From a virus (Duplodnaviria > Caudoviricetes): 64,000 bases of DNA. Below are positions 34,455 to 44,448 of this stretch, in pieces (the first letter of the stretch is position 1; each line of letters starts with the position of its first letter). The DNA lies in the IMG/VR virus record IMGVR_UViG_2862178590_000001, positions 1 to 64,000 of that record. One strand, given 5' to 3'. The position numbers were made by a program, and so were the translations under genes. The notes under the pieces are model-generated. The model was not told the DNA's origin, searched no databases, and saw nothing but the letters and a program-made list of their open reading frames with translations.

Positions 34455-35977
34455 AGTTTGGCCAGGGCTTCGTCGAGACAGCGCCGGTACAGGTCGTCCC
34501 ACAGTTCCTCCGGCGGTTCACCTTGCGCGGCGTCCTTGGCGAGGCCGGGGCCGTCCTCGGGGTCCTGGGGGCCGTCGCCGGTGGGCGGTGGCACCAGATC
34601 GTTCGGGTCGGGCGGAGCCTCGCCGGGCGCCGGGGCTTGTGCCTGGGAGCCGAGATTCTTGGTGATGAACGACTTGGCGAGGTCGCCCATGTTCGACCAG
34701 TCGGCGATGAACGTGCGCTCCATGAAGATCGCGTCGTCACCGCCGTCGACGGGGGGTTCGCCGATCTCGGCACGCCACCGGTTGAGGGTGTACGCGCCGT
34801 TGCGCAGCCTCGTCTCCCGGATATCCTCGACGATCTTCGAGTCCCGGAAGTCGATCTCCTCGAATTCCAGGTGCCAGTCGGTGATCCCGAACCCGAGCTG
34901 GAGCAGGTGGAAGTTCAGCTTCTCCAGGATCAGGTTGGCGATCGGGATGATCGTGTTGACGCGGAACGTCTTGTCCTGCGCCTCGCCTGTACCGCCGCCG
35001 AGGTTGCCGGTCTCGATGATCCCCAACTTCGCTGGGGGCACTCCGAACGACGCGATGATCTGGTCGCGCAGCTGCCTGTCGGCGTCCAGGTAGTCGGTTA
35101 CCTTCCGCTGGTCCAGGACGCCAACCACGCCGTTCCCGGTCGTGACCACCGGCTCGCCGACAGCCTTCGGGCCGAGGTTGAAGACGCGGTACATCTCGCG
35201 CCATTTCTGCACGTCGCTGTCGCTGTAGTGCCCCAGGTCGACATGCAACCGGGGCGGATCGCCGCGCCGGAAACACTCCTTGAGCGTGGCCATGGTGAAC
35301 AACCACGCAGTCACGGGCAACAGCACCTTCTGCGCTGGGCTGACGCCGTACAGGCCGCCGCGGGGAGCGTCGAGGCTGATGTGGATGACCTGGTCCGCGT
35401 CGAAGCGCGCGATACGGACGCCGTCGACGTCCTGGATGTAGCCGGACACCTCGCCGTGCTCGTCGGACACCACGGTCATCGTGGTGGCGTCCAGCGTGTA
35501 CAGGGCAACCGGCTCCCCCAGGAGAGCAACGACCTCCAGGTAAGCGTCGCCGAACAGCAGCAGGTCCGTCGCGACGTTCCGCAGCAGCTGGACCATGTCC
35601 TCGCGGGCGTTGCAGAACCGCATCAGCCGCCGCAACCGCGCCACCTGCGGGGTCTCGGGCGCAGTTCCGGCCCCGGCAGGGTCGTTCTCCGGTACGGCCT
35701 GGAGGCCGCCGGCGGTGACGGTCCGCGCGATCAGGTCGACGCAGGCGGAGACCCAGTTGCACGACATGTAGGCCTGGTGGAGCTGGGCGAGAACCTGCTG
35801 CCGCTCCGACGTCGCCGACGTCAGGCTGCTCGTGTTCTGGATGTTGAGTGGGAGACCGTACTCGTAACCGACCCGCCGTACCTGCGCCGGGGTCGGCGCC
35901 TCCAGCGACTCGACGACCGCCTGCTCGGCGACGGGGGTGCGCCCGAGGCGCTCGCGCAGCCAGCTCACAGCGCCCAC
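34451..35977 (-). CDS. Portal protein
   Basis: After TerL; LLLFGDAY, YGVSP, FGVPPAKLG, TLNRWR. Confidence 0.92.
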   Translation of the reverse strand: MGAVSWLRERLGRTPVAEQAVVESLEAPTPAQVRRVGYEYGLPLNIQNTSSLTSATSERQQVLAQLHQAYMSCNWVSACVDLIARTVTAGGLQAVPENDPAGAGTAPETPQVARLRRLMRFCNAREDMVQLLRNVATDLLLFGDAYLEVVALLGEPVALYTLDATTMTVVSDEHGEVSGYIQDVDGVRIARFDADQVIHISLDAPRGGLYGVSPAQKVLLPVTAWLFTMATLKECFRRGDPPRLHVDLGHYSDSDVQKWREMYRVFNLGPKAVGEPVVTTGNGVVGVLDQRKVTDYLDADRQLRDQIIASFGVPPAKLGIIETGNLGGGTGEAQDKTFRVNTIIPIANLILEKLNFHLLQLGFGITDWHLEFEEIDFRDSKIVEDIRETRLRNGAYTLNRWRAEIGEPPVDGGDDAIFMERTFIADWSNMGDLAKSFITKNLGSQAQAPAPGEAPPDPNDLVPPPTGDGPQDPEDGPGLAKDAAQGEPPEELWDDLYRRCLDEALAKL

Positions 35978-37470
35978 GGGTCACCCCCTGTCAGGATCGG
36001 GAAGCTGCCGATCGACGGGACCGCCGGTACGGGCCTGTTGCTGCTCGTGGCGTTCGGGTCGAGAACTGGGGCCACCGGATCCGGCGCCGGGAAGTGGAAG
36101 CGCGCCCCGCCACCCAAGTTGATCAACAGGTAGCGGCCCGCGTCGTATGCATGGTCCTCGGCGTTGGTGTCGACGTCCTCCGGGTTGCCGCTCATGGCAT
36201 GTGGCAGGACCGGCAGCGTGCGGATCAGATTCGCGCAGGTCGTGAACACGTGCACCTTCGGGCACGTCTCCCAGCCCTGGGCACGGTGGTGCGGGCAGGC
36301 CGGGGCTTCCGCAAGGTAGGAGTGCCAGCGCTGCAGCCCGGACAGGCGGGAGCCAGGCCCCTTGCCTGCCGGGGTGAGCGGCACGCCGTGCTGGCCATAG
36401 ACGTCGGCAACAGCCTGCGCGTCGCCCCGGGTTGCCCACATCGAATCGTCGGCGTAGCGGGCCGCAACCTGCTCGTCCGACCCTTCGGCGGCCAGGATCC
36501 GGCGGGCCTGTTCGGCCTCGCCGACCTGGGTGGCGTACAGCTCGCGGTAGAACCAGACCCGACCGTCCTCGTCGACAGCCGCCCACAGCACACACCAGGG
36601 AGCGGTGTAGCCCCAGTCGATACCGACATAGCGACGCCACGATGCGGGAAGGGCGATCGGGGCGATGGTGTGGCGGTCGTGCCGCCATTCGCTGAGGGCC
36701 TGTCCCATGAAAGAGTCCCAGTCCCCGTCGAGGAAGGCCCGGCGGAGCTTGTCCGGGAGCGCTTTGAGGTCGTCGGCGTACTCGGGATTGATGTGCGGGT
36801 TGTCGGTGAGCTTGGACGGGATGAAGCGGACCGTCCTGCCGCGCTCGTCGATGACGACACGCTGCCCGTAGCCGGTGGCGTCGACATACCGCTGCTTGAC
36901 CGTGCCGTGTCCTGGGCCGCCGGGGTTGGTGCCGGCTCGCACTCCGATGACCGGTACGTCGCCGCGGCCGGTGCGCAGCCGCGACTCCAGGAACGCGACT
37001 ACGTCGGGCGGGGTCAGTGTCAGCTCGTCGAACATCAGCAGCTGGTACTGGCCGCCCTGGCGGCGGGTGGAGTCCTTGAGGGACTCGGCGTAGCGGAACA
37101 TCAGGAGACTGCCGTTGGGGAAGCGCAGTTCGTATTCGGTGCCGTTCCAGGAGGCCCCGAGAGCTCCGGCGTAGCCGACCGCCGCGAGTTCGGCGAGCAG
37201 GGATTCCTTGAGCTCGCCGTAGGTGCGGCGGAATGCCCCGACGCGGATTCCGGGGTAGCGGACGCAGGCCCGGATCGCCTCCATGGTCAGTGCCTTCGAC
37301 TTGCCCCCGCCGGCCGCGCCGCCCATGAGGACGGCGAATTCCTCGGCGTCGTGGAACAGCTGCTGCCGGGCGGTGGGGGTGTAGTCGAGGAGGCCGAACA
37401 CGTCGATGCGGCGGAGCCGTTCGGCCTCGCGTCGCCGGACTTCAGCCTGGAGGGCTTTCAGCTCCTCCAT
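35965..37470 (-). CDS. Terminase large subunit
   Basis: GGAAGGGKS Walker A, LMFDELT Walker B, TNPGG, GIDWG, DHAYDAGRY; start reset to 37470. Confidence 0.95.
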   Translation of the reverse strand: MEELKALQAEVRRREAERLRRIDVFGLLDYTPTARQQLFHDAEEFAVLMGGAAGGGKSKALTMEAIRACVRYPGIRVGAFRRTYGELKESLLAELAAVGYAGALGASWNGTEYELRFPNGSLLMFRYAESLKDSTRRQGGQYQLLMFDELTLTPPDVVAFLESRLRTGRGDVPVIGVRAGTNPGGPGHGTVKQRYVDATGYGQRVVIDERGRTVRFIPSKLTDNPHINPEYADDLKALPDKLRRAFLDGDWDSFMGQALSEWRHDRHTIAPIALPASWRRYVGIDWGYTAPWCVLWAAVDEDGRVWFYRELYATQVGEAEQARRILAAEGSDEQVAARYADDSMWATRGDAQAVADVYGQHGVPLTPAGKGPGSRLSGLQRWHSYLAEAPACPHHRAQGWETCPKVHVFTTCANLIRTLPVLPHAMSGNPEDVDTNAEDHAYDAGRYLLINLGGGARFHFPAPDPVAPVLDPNATSSNRPVPAVPSIGSFPILTGGDPWAL

Positions 37471-37975
37471 CTTCTGAATCTTGAGCTTCAATAGCGGCGA
37501 GCTGTTCCCGGGCTTCGATGAGGGCGTGGTCGAGGGCATCGACGGTGAACACCCCCTCGATCCTGGTGGCGGCGTCAAGACCTCGCAGCTTTGCCACCCG
37601 GTCGCCGATCTTCACAAGCCGGTCCATGGCCGCCAGCTTCGGCCCCGGATCGAGCAGTGGCTGACCCGTCTCAGGGTCCTCGACGAGCCTCCCGCCAGGC
37701 GTGATCACGTAGTGCCGGGCGCGCATCACCACGTGAGCTTCTTCGGCGAGGTGCTCCAGCTCGGCGAGCTGTTCTTCGCGGTACACCTCGACACCGATGC
37801 GGAGTCCGGCGATGTTCTCTTCCAGCGTCCGGTAGAAATCCTTGGACGCGGCGTTGGCGTTGGCGTACCCAAGTTCCTCGTAGATCTGCGAATACGGGAC
37901 TTTACGGCGCCGGTACTCGACGAGCTTGGCGCGCCGGTCGGCGGTCGCGGCGCGTTCAGCGCGGGGACGTGGCAT
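37442..37975 (-). CDS. Terminase small subunit-like protein
   Basis: N-terminal HTH (YSQIYEELGY), KLRGLDA; overlaps the TerL start. Confidence 0.75.
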   Translation of the reverse strand: MPRPRAERAATADRRAKLVEYRRRKVPYSQIYEELGYANANAASKDFYRTLEENIAGLRIGVEVYREEQLAELEHLAEEAHVVMRARHYVITPGGRLVEDPETGQPLLDPGPKLAAMDRLVKIGDRVAKLRGLDAATRIEGVFTVDALDHALIEAREQLAAIEAQDSEDGGAESPPG

Positions 37976-37990
37976 CGGATCCCCCCTTGC

Positions 37991-38404
37991 TCAGTGCCAG
38001 CCGGGTGGGAGTTCCTGCGGCGCGGGGTCCGGTTCGGGTGCGGGGAGCGGCTCGGGCGTGCAGTCGCAGGCGGGCAGCGTCTTCGCGTTGGGTGCGGTGC
38101 ACGCTTTGGTGTGGATGCGGGCGGCGGCGTCCTGGCCGATGGCGTGGTGGATGCAGGCGCCGACGGCCCGTGTGACGTCCGTCTGCGTGGGCAGCGGTCC
38201 GAAGTCGGGCGGCTGCTGCTGCGGGTCGGCGAGGAGGGTGAGTTCGTCGCGGCGGGTCTGGATGGCGTGCAGGTAGTCGGCGAACTCCGGGTCGGTGAGG
38301 CGGCGTTGCCAGTGCACGAGAGCTTCGCCGCCGCACAGCCCGCAGGCGAGCGGCGGCGACACCGGGCCGGGAGCCGGGATGGGCGCGGCCAGGGGCTCCG
38401 TCAT
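37991..38404 (-). CDS. Cys/His-rich fibre-chaperone-like protein
   Basis: CGLC, ACIHH, HTKAC, CDC; start 38404. Confidence 0.6.
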   Translation of the reverse strand: MTEPLAAPIPAPGPVSPPLACGLCGGEALVHWQRRLTDPEFADYLHAIQTRRDELTLLADPQQQPPDFGPLPTQTDVTRAVGACIHHAIGQDAAARIHTKACTAPNAKTLPACDCTPEPLPAPEPDPAPQELPPGWH

Positions 38405-38414
38405 GTCGGCCTCC

Positions 38415-38741
38415 TCAGGTGATGGTGAGCAGGCCGACGTTGATGACCGGGATCTCGGGACTGTCCATGATTTTGATCCATATGGTGTAGGTGCCCGGGG
38501 TGAGCGTGACCGTGCCGCCGGGCCCGACCAGGCACTGTGCCAAGTAAGCGTTGCCGGGCGGGCGGGGCTGGGTGCCGTCCCAGGACCCGGCTTTCCAGTC
38601 GGGCCCGGTGGGGGTTCCACTGCCGGTGAGGAACGCGAACTGCACGACGTCACCGGTCGGGTTGAGGGGGTTCCCGCCGACGGTCGCGATGACCGACGCC
38701 TGGACGTACTGGAGGCTTGCCGCGGACTGTGTGATCGTCAC
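38415..38741 (-). CDS. BppU N-terminal-like Ig-fold virion protein
   Basis: GTG overlaps the upstream stop; PGTYTIWIKIMDSPEIPV. Confidence 0.65.
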   Translation of the reverse strand: MTITQSAASLQYVQASVIATVGGNPLNPTGDVVQFAFLTGSGTPTGPDWKAGSWDGTQPRPPGNAYLAQCLVGPGGTVTLTPGTYTIWIKIMDSPEIPVINVGLLTIT

Positions 38742-40477
38742 TTGCCCCCCTTGGCGCGCCATCGGTGAATCATGCGCGTGATCCGCCAGCGCGGGTCGGG
38801 GTCCGGGCCCGTCTGCCAGCGGCCCTGCCCCTGGCCCACCTGCCACCGGCCGGGCCCCGCAGATACGGCCCACCGCAGGAGCGGGCCGACGGCCCGGACC
38901 ACGAGATCGCCGGAGCGCGCGAGGAGCATCGTGGTGGCCGAGTTGGTGGCGACGGTCGCGGCGAGCCGCTGGATGTAGCGGCGGGCGCTGACGATGCCTG
39001 TCGTCACCGTTACGGTGGCCTGGCGGGTGATGGCCGCCGCCCGGGCGGCCGTGCCGGTGGCCGTCACGGCTGCCTGCCGGATCAGCATGGTCGAGCGCTG
39101 CACCGCCGGAGCCGCGTCCACCGCCGCGGTGCGCCGCAGGCCGACCACCCTGCCGATGCTGCCGGTAAGCCCGGCGACCGCCGCGAGGGCGATGGTGCGC
39201 GCACCTTGCAGCGCCACGCTGCCGGTGGTGGAGGTGGTGGCAGCCAGGGTCCGCAGGAAGTGGCGGGCGCTGGCCGCCGCAGCAGTCACGGCCACGGCGG
39301 CCGGGCGGGCGAGCGCGGTTGCGCGTTGCAGGGTCGCCCTGTTCGTCGCGGCGGCAGCCCGGCCGAGGCCGGTGGCGCGCAGCACCGACGGGCTGCTGGT
39401 CGCGGTGGCCGTGAGCGTCGTCGCCCACGCGCGGACGGCACTCACGCCGGTCGCGGCGATGGCGGTACGTCGGAGTGCCGCAGCCCGCAGCGCTGTTGCG
39501 CCTGCCGCCATGCTGGCCGTCAGGACTGTCGTCGAGGTACGGACGGCGTTCGCGCTCGTCGAGACCGTGGCCGTCAGCCTGGTGGTCAGGGCCCGCTGTA
39601 CACCGGCCGCTGTGTTCGCCGTCGCCGCCAAGGTCTTGGCCGTCATCCGGCCGACTGTGGAGAGCGTCGTCGCCGTGGCGGTGCGGGCCAGTCCGGCAAG
39701 CCGCTGGGCGCCGGCGGCGGTCGAGGCGGTTGCGGCCAGGGCGCGGGACCATGTCATCCGTATCGCGGCCGTGGCGCCGGCACTGACTGTCGCCGTTCTG
39801 GCCAGGCCTGCGGCGCGCGCCGCAGAGGCCGTGCCGGTGACCGCCGCCGCTTTGGCCAGCGCCGCAGCGCGCGCCAGGGACACGCTGGTGGTGGCCGTGG
39901 CCGTAAGCGCCTTGGTCACTGCCCGGACCAGGCTGGTCGCCGTGGCGAGGGTTGTCAACCGTGGCAGAGTCGTGGCTCGCCGTGAGCCGCCCGTTGTTCC
40001 GGCGGTGCCCTGGCGGCTGAGCGTCCCGGTGCGAGTCACGCCCGCCGCCGTCGCGGCCGTGACCGTGCGGGCGAGTGCTGCGGTGCGGGTGACGCTGAGG
40101 GTGGTCGTGGTCGTGGCGGCGCGGGGCAATGCCGTGGCGCGCTGGGGTGTCGCGGTGCTGGCGATGCTCGAAGTCCGGGGCAGGCCCGTCTGTCGCAGCG
40201 TCCCGGCGAGCGTACCGGTCGTTCCCGCCCGCTGAAGTCCAGTGAGCCGCTGAACTGTCGAGGTCGTGGCTGCCGCCGCCGATCGGGGCAGCCCCGCCAG
40301 CCGCAGGACCGTGGCGCTGGTGAGTGCCGTTGCCGTTCTGGGCAGTGCCGTCAGCCGCACGAGGTTGCCGCCGGTCGACACGGTCGCCGTGGCGCTAATG
40401 TTGTAGTTGTGGGGGCCTGTGGTGAGGTCGGTTCCGAGGCGGATCCGGTCTGGGATCGACCGCCCGAGACGTGCCAC
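38738..40477 (-). CDS. A/T/R-rich 18-aa repeat protein (putative beta-solenoid fibre)
   Basis: LVRLTALPRTATALTSAT / VLRLAGLPRSAAAATTST / VQRLTGLQRAGTTGTLAG etc.; in operon with its neighbours. Confidence 0.72.
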   Translation of the reverse strand: MARLGRSIPDRIRLGTDLTTGPHNYNISATATVSTGGNLVRLTALPRTATALTSATVLRLAGLPRSAAAATTSTVQRLTGLQRAGTTGTLAGTLRQTGLPRTSSIASTATPQRATALPRAATTTTTLSVTRTAALARTVTAATAAGVTRTGTLSRQGTAGTTGGSRRATTLPRLTTLATATSLVRAVTKALTATATTSVSLARAAALAKAAAVTGTASAARAAGLARTATVSAGATAAIRMTWSRALAATASTAAGAQRLAGLARTATATTLSTVGRMTAKTLAATANTAAGVQRALTTRLTATVSTSANAVRTSTTVLTASMAAGATALRAAALRRTAIAATGVSAVRAWATTLTATATSSPSVLRATGLGRAAAATNRATLQRATALARPAAVAVTAAAASARHFLRTLAATTSTTGSVALQGARTIALAAVAGLTGSIGRVVGLRRTAAVDAAPAVQRSTMLIRQAAVTATGTAARAAAITRQATVTVTTGIVSARRYIQRLAATVATNSATTMLLARSGDLVVRAVGPLLRWAVSAGPGRWQVGQGQGRWQTGPDPDPRWRITRMIHRWRAKGGK

Positions 40478-40489
40478 GGCAGCCCCCGC

Positions 40490-41002
40490 TTAGATGAGTT
40501 CGATCCAGCGGGCGTAGATGATCGCGTTGACGGTGGCCGCGGTGTTGATGCGGAACTGCAGGTACTGGGCCGATGATCCGCCGAAGCGCGGGTAGTCCTC
40601 CAGCGGCCAGATCTTCGCGTAGGCCGAGAAGACCTGCTGCCGGTCGACGGGCCGCAACGTCGTGTTGGAGGTGATCGCGCCGTTGCCGAAGCCGGTCGCA
40701 CCCGTGCCCATCGTCAGGCGGCTGTTCGACAGGGTGTAGTTGTCGATCGCCGGAAACACCGTCGTCGTGGTGTGCGCGGTGGTCACCGTCGACGCGGTGG
40801 CCGTCGAGGCGACCTCAAGGACTGCGGCAGTGGTCTGCACCGCAGCCAGCGACACGCCCCACTCGACGAGAGCGATCTGTCCGTTCGCGGGGATGCCCAG
40901 CTGCAAGGCGACCTTGGCGCCTGCGGCGTAGGAGGTGCCGCCGTCGACGTTCGTCGTCGTCGACAGGGCCGAGTTGTAGGCCTGGAACTGGGAGCCGGCC
41001 AC
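40490..41002 (-). CDS. Beta-rich virion protein
   Basis: Composition and operon context. Confidence 0.65.
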   Translation of the reverse strand: MAGSQFQAYNSALSTTTNVDGGTSYAAGAKVALQLGIPANGQIALVEWGVSLAAVQTTAAVLEVASTATASTVTTAHTTTTVFPAIDNYTLSNSRLTMGTGATGFGNGAITSNTTLRPVDRQQVFSAYAKIWPLEDYPRFGGSSAQYLQFRINTAATVNAIIYARWIELI

Positions 41003-41011
41003 CGGAGCCTC

Positions 41012-41530
41012 CTACCAGACGTGGGAGCGGACGATGGCCGGGGCCCGGTTGAGGAGGGCCTGTTCCGGGGGGTAGCCGAAGAACATTTCGTCGCAGTAGT
41101 ACAGCTGGCTGCCTGCGGTGGCGGTGATGACGATGATCGGGATGCACTGCTGGGTCGTGGCGACCGGGGTCATGGGGGCGCCGATCTGGGTCCAGACGCT
41201 GGCGGGGGCGGTGGTGTCCGCGCCGACGCCGGTGGAGATGTACGTCGTGGCGGTGTACCAGTCGACCTCGATGTGCGCGGTGACCTGCACAGGTGGGTAG
41301 AGCCAGTAGGACGCCGTGTACTGGGCGCTCACGCTGAGTCCGGTGATGCGGTTGGCGGTGTTGGCGGAGATGGTGCCCGATGCGGTGGAGGTGAGGCGGA
41401 GGCTGTGGGTGCCGTCGCGGGCCTGGGTGGTGGACTGGGCGATGGTCGTGTTGCCTCCGGCAGCCCAGCCGGTGATGTCGGTCTCGACGCTCTCGTCGTT
41501 GTACGTCAGCAGGTTGCCGGTCAGCGCCAC
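41012..41530 (-). CDS. CBM4/9-like carbohydrate-binding protein
   Basis: NLL...SVETDITGW...QARDGTHSLRL...YCDEMFF. Confidence 0.7.
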   Translation of the reverse strand: MALTGNLLTYNDESVETDITGWAAGGNTTIAQSTTQARDGTHSLRLTSTASGTISANTANRITGLSVSAQYTASYWLYPPVQVTAHIEVDWYTATTYISTGVGADTTAPASVWTQIGAPMTPVATTQQCIPIIVITATAGSQLYYCDEMFFGYPPEQALLNRAPAIVRSHVW

Positions 41531-42162
41531 TACGTGATCTTCACGGTCAAGGTATAGGTCACAGCGTCATTGATCGCCAAGGTCTGCGACCCGTGATCCG
41601 CATGAAAGAACAGCGTCCCGTTCGTGCCAGCCGTCGACCCCGGAATGTTCCCCAGCGTCACCGTGTCGCCGTTCGACTGCGTCACCGCCGTCGACCCGTT
41701 CGCCGCCCGCGCCAGGGTCAGTGCCGTCGACCCGGACCCGGCGGTCACCTGCATGACCTCGCCCCGGCACTGGATGTAGGTGCCGTTGGCGGGGGTGTAG
41801 GACGCCGACGCCGTACCCGACGTGCCGCCGGTACCGGTCGGAGCGGTCGCCCACGTGAAGCTGAAGGGCTTCGACGAGGCGTCGGACAGGGCGACTTCGG
41901 CGATCGTCTGCCCCGAGGCGGACGTGAACGTGCCCGTCACCTGGTACGTGTCGTTCGCCGTGGTCGTGGTCTGCTGCGAACTGGTGCCCGCAACCCTGGC
42001 CTCGGCGGCTTCCTTGTACAGGGCGACGTCCGTGACCGCGGCAGTCAGCGAGTTGGGGTTGTTGCCCCACGCGAGGTTGAGGGGCTCGGCCTGCGTCGGT
42101 GACGAGCCGCGCATCCGGCCCGTCATGATGTCGCGGCCCTTGGATGTGACCACAGCGGCCAT
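41530..42162 (-). CDS. Tail-collar fibre N-terminal-like (DUF3751-type) protein
   Basis: VVTSKGR...AWG...TDVALYKE..R...IAEVAL...GTLFFH...YTLTV. Confidence 0.6.
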   Translation of the reverse strand: MAAVVTSKGRDIMTGRMRGSSPTQAEPLNLAWGNNPNSLTAAVTDVALYKEAAEARVAGTSSQQTTTTANDTYQVTGTFTSASGQTIAEVALSDASSKPFSFTWATAPTGTGGTSGTASASYTPANGTYIQCRGEVMQVTAGSGSTALTLARAANGSTAVTQSNGDTVTLGNIPGSTAGTNGTLFFHADHGSQTLAINDAVTYTLTVKIT

Positions 42163-42167
42163 TGAGG

Positions 42168-42368
42168 TCAGCCCCTTCCTGTCGTGCGATTGGACTTGGC
42201 GATACGCCGGTTAGCGAGCGGCCTGCCGATCAGACGCCACCAGGCCCGTTTGATCGGGTTGTTGAACGTGGCCTCGACGAGCCCGTGGTCGTGGACGGTC
42301 CCGTCGGCGCGGGTTACGACCATGTACAGCCGGGACTCGGGCGCCTGCTCGGCGCGCTGCTCGCCCAC
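42168..42368 (-). CDS. Hypothetical protein
   Basis: In operon; VVTRADGTV. Confidence 0.6.
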   Translation of the reverse strand: MGEQRAEQAPESRLYMVVTRADGTVHDHGLVEATFNNPIKRAWWRLIGRPLANRRIAKSNRTTGRG

Positions 42369-42373
42369 GACGG

Positions 42374-42625
42374 TCAGGCCTGCGGTGCCGGCGGTTCGAC
42401 CGGCGCGTTGCCAAGGAGCTTGGCGATTTCGGCGGCGAGCTTGGCTTCGTCGGTCTTCATGTCGGCGATCAGCTTCTGGAGGTCGGCGAGGAGCTCGGTG
42501 CGGGCTTGGTCGAGGAGCGGCGCGAGGTGTTCCTCAACGGCGGTGACGACCTGCTCGATGTCGGCCTTACCGATCGAAGCGAAGCGGCTGAGCAGGTTGT
42601 GGAGGTGGTCGACGAGTGCGGACAT
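42374..42625 (-). CDS. Helical hypothetical protein
   Basis: RBS GGAG; coiled-coil character. Confidence 0.65.
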   Translation of the reverse strand: MSALVDHLHNLLSRFASIGKADIEQVVTAVEEHLAPLLDQARTELLADLQKLIADMKTDEAKLAAEIAKLLGNAPVEPPAPQA

Positions 42626-42655
42626 GGGGGGGGTCTCCTGCGAGTGAGGGCGAGT

Positions 42656-42850
42656 TCAGGGAACGTCGACGGTCGCGGCGGTGATGAACACGTGCCGCGC
42701 GCCGGTGACGGCTTTCAGCACGGCGATCGGGTCGTAGTCGAGCAGCTCGTTCGCGGCGATCAGATCCTGGGCCTGATCGAGGATCAGCACGAACGGGGCG
42801 ATCTCGTCGATCGAGTCCGGGAGTTGGAGCACCTGGATCCGCGCCACCAC
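42656..42850 (-). CDS. Hypothetical protein
   Basis: GGGGGAG before GTG; IQVLQLP...PFVLILD. Confidence 0.55.
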   Translation of the reverse strand: MVARIQVLQLPDSIDEIAPFVLILDQAQDLIAANELLDYDPIAVLKAVTGARHVFITAATVDVP

Positions 42851-43029
42851 TCCCCCGTCCAGAGGTTCCGCCGCCCGGCGTGCTGGCGCACCATGACCCG
42901 GCCAGCCTTCGGGCCCTGCCCCGGCCCGGCCGGGCGACGGAAGTTGGGGTCCCGCTGCCCAGCGGGGGTCCGGGCGGGGCAGCGGGACGTCGGGGCCGGC
43001 TGGGGGACGGACAGCCCCGAGATGGAGGG

Positions 43030-43260
43030 TCAGGCAGCCTGTGCGGTGTACGTGCGGCGGGCTCGTTCGCGGGTGGCCTTCTCGGCGCGGATCACGTCGA
43101 TCGCCAGGAAGAGCGGGCGTCCCTTGCGGTCTCGGCCAGCTATCGAGAGTCGACCGCGGTAGCGCCAGTTGTGGACGACATTCGGGGCGACCCCGGCAGC
43201 TTCGGCCGCTTCGGTGACGTTCCACAGTGCGGTCTGCAGGTCGGCGGTCAGGTCGACCAT
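43030..43260 (-). CDS. MerR-like HTH protein
   Basis: VTEAAEAAGVAPNVVHNWRYRG. Confidence 0.78.
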   Translation of the reverse strand: MVDLTADLQTALWNVTEAAEAAGVAPNVVHNWRYRGRLSIAGRDRKGRPLFLAIDVIRAEKATRERARRTYTAQAA

Positions 43261-43374
43261 GAGGCGTCCTCCCCGGATACGACGAAAGGCCCCGACGAGT
43301 GGGACTCGTGAGGGCCTTGGGCACGTATGGGCATGCGGTTCCGTCGAAAAGTCTCACGCGTGAAAGCGAAAAAA

Positions 43375-44121
43375 TCAAGCCGCCTGAGCGACAACTGCCG
43401 CCAGAGCCTTGACATACACGTCGTACTCCGCCGACGTGAGGATCCGCTGACAGTCCGGGTCCCGGCACTCGATGTACGGCCGATCATCGACCAGCCGCAG
43501 ATCACGGGACTCGGCCAGATACGGCCCCTTGCAGCGCGGGCAGGGCGCGAGCTTGCGGACGTCGAACTGCGGATGCGCCTTGATGAACCTGGTTGCCGCC
43601 GCATGCCAGCCCCTGATCTGGCCGCCAGGGTTGGCGTTGCCCCGGTCGTGGAGCTCGGTGGCGGCGGGGTGGTTTTGCATCATCCAGTCGAGGTGGGCGT
43701 CGAGGATGTGCGCACAGTCGCTGATCCGCCGGCCCTCGGTGATGCCGTCGCGGCTGGGTTGATGGTCGTCGCGCCAAATGCCGCGCAACGTCAGTACGTC
43801 CGTGGCAAGTTCTTCCATCTCGTCGAGGATCGTCTCGGTGAGGAGGCGGGCGGCTTGTCCGGGCCAGGCGGGGGCGTCGCTGGACCTGGTGTGGATGGTG
43901 GCCGTGCTCGGGGAACGGGTGGCGTGCAGCGCTTCCAGGTGGGCGGCCGCGAGGAGTTCCGGTATCTCGACCAGGCGCTGTCGCGCGTGGGCGACGCAGC
44001 CGTCGCATTGCACGGGCTGGCCCCAGGCGGGGGTCAGGTGGTGTTCGGTGCCGGTTTCGGCGAGGACTTCTTCGGCGCGGCGCCAGGCGTTGTTGCACGG
44101 ACCAGGGCAGGGAGTGGGCAC
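43375..44121 (-). CDS. Zn-finger protein upstream of late genes (putative late regulator)
   Basis: CPGPC, CDGC, CPRC, CRDPDC; position. Confidence 0.65.
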   Translation of the reverse strand: MPTPCPGPCNNAWRRAEEVLAETGTEHHLTPAWGQPVQCDGCVAHARQRLVEIPELLAAAHLEALHATRSPSTATIHTRSSDAPAWPGQAARLLTETILDEMEELATDVLTLRGIWRDDHQPSRDGITEGRRISDCAHILDAHLDWMMQNHPAATELHDRGNANPGGQIRGWHAAATRFIKAHPQFDVRKLAPCPRCKGPYLAESRDLRLVDDRPYIECRDPDCQRILTSAEYDVYVKALAAVVAQAA

Positions 44122-44188
44122 AGCGGGCCTCCCGGGGCGGGTGCGGGTGCTGAGGCCAGTATGCAACTCTGCGTTACGGAACCGGGAT

Positions 44189-44437
44189 TCAGACGCGATC
44201 CCGCTCCCGCTCGCAGACCTCGCCCTCCAGATGCATCTTCAGGCAGGGCTGGCACCATCGATTGACGGGGCCGTCCCAGTCCTCGCCGTAGAAGATGGCA
44301 CCGCTCGGGTCGGGGGCGTAGCAGCAGCCGCCGCAGTAGTGCTTCCCCATGTGGCCGCGCTGCTTGGAGCAGCCGTGTGATCCCCAGTAGACGCGGCAGG
44401 AGCCTTTCCTGGCGAGCTTCTGAGCCTTCTTCCTCAC
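44189..44437 (-). CDS. Cys/His-rich small protein
   Basis: Eight Cys in 82 aa. Confidence 0.55.
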   Translation of the reverse strand: MRKKAQKLARKGSCRVYWGSHGCSKQRGHMGKHYCGGCCYAPDPSGAIFYGEDWDGPVNRWCQPCLKMHLEGEVCERERDRV

Positions 44438-44448
44438 GGGTTCTCCTT

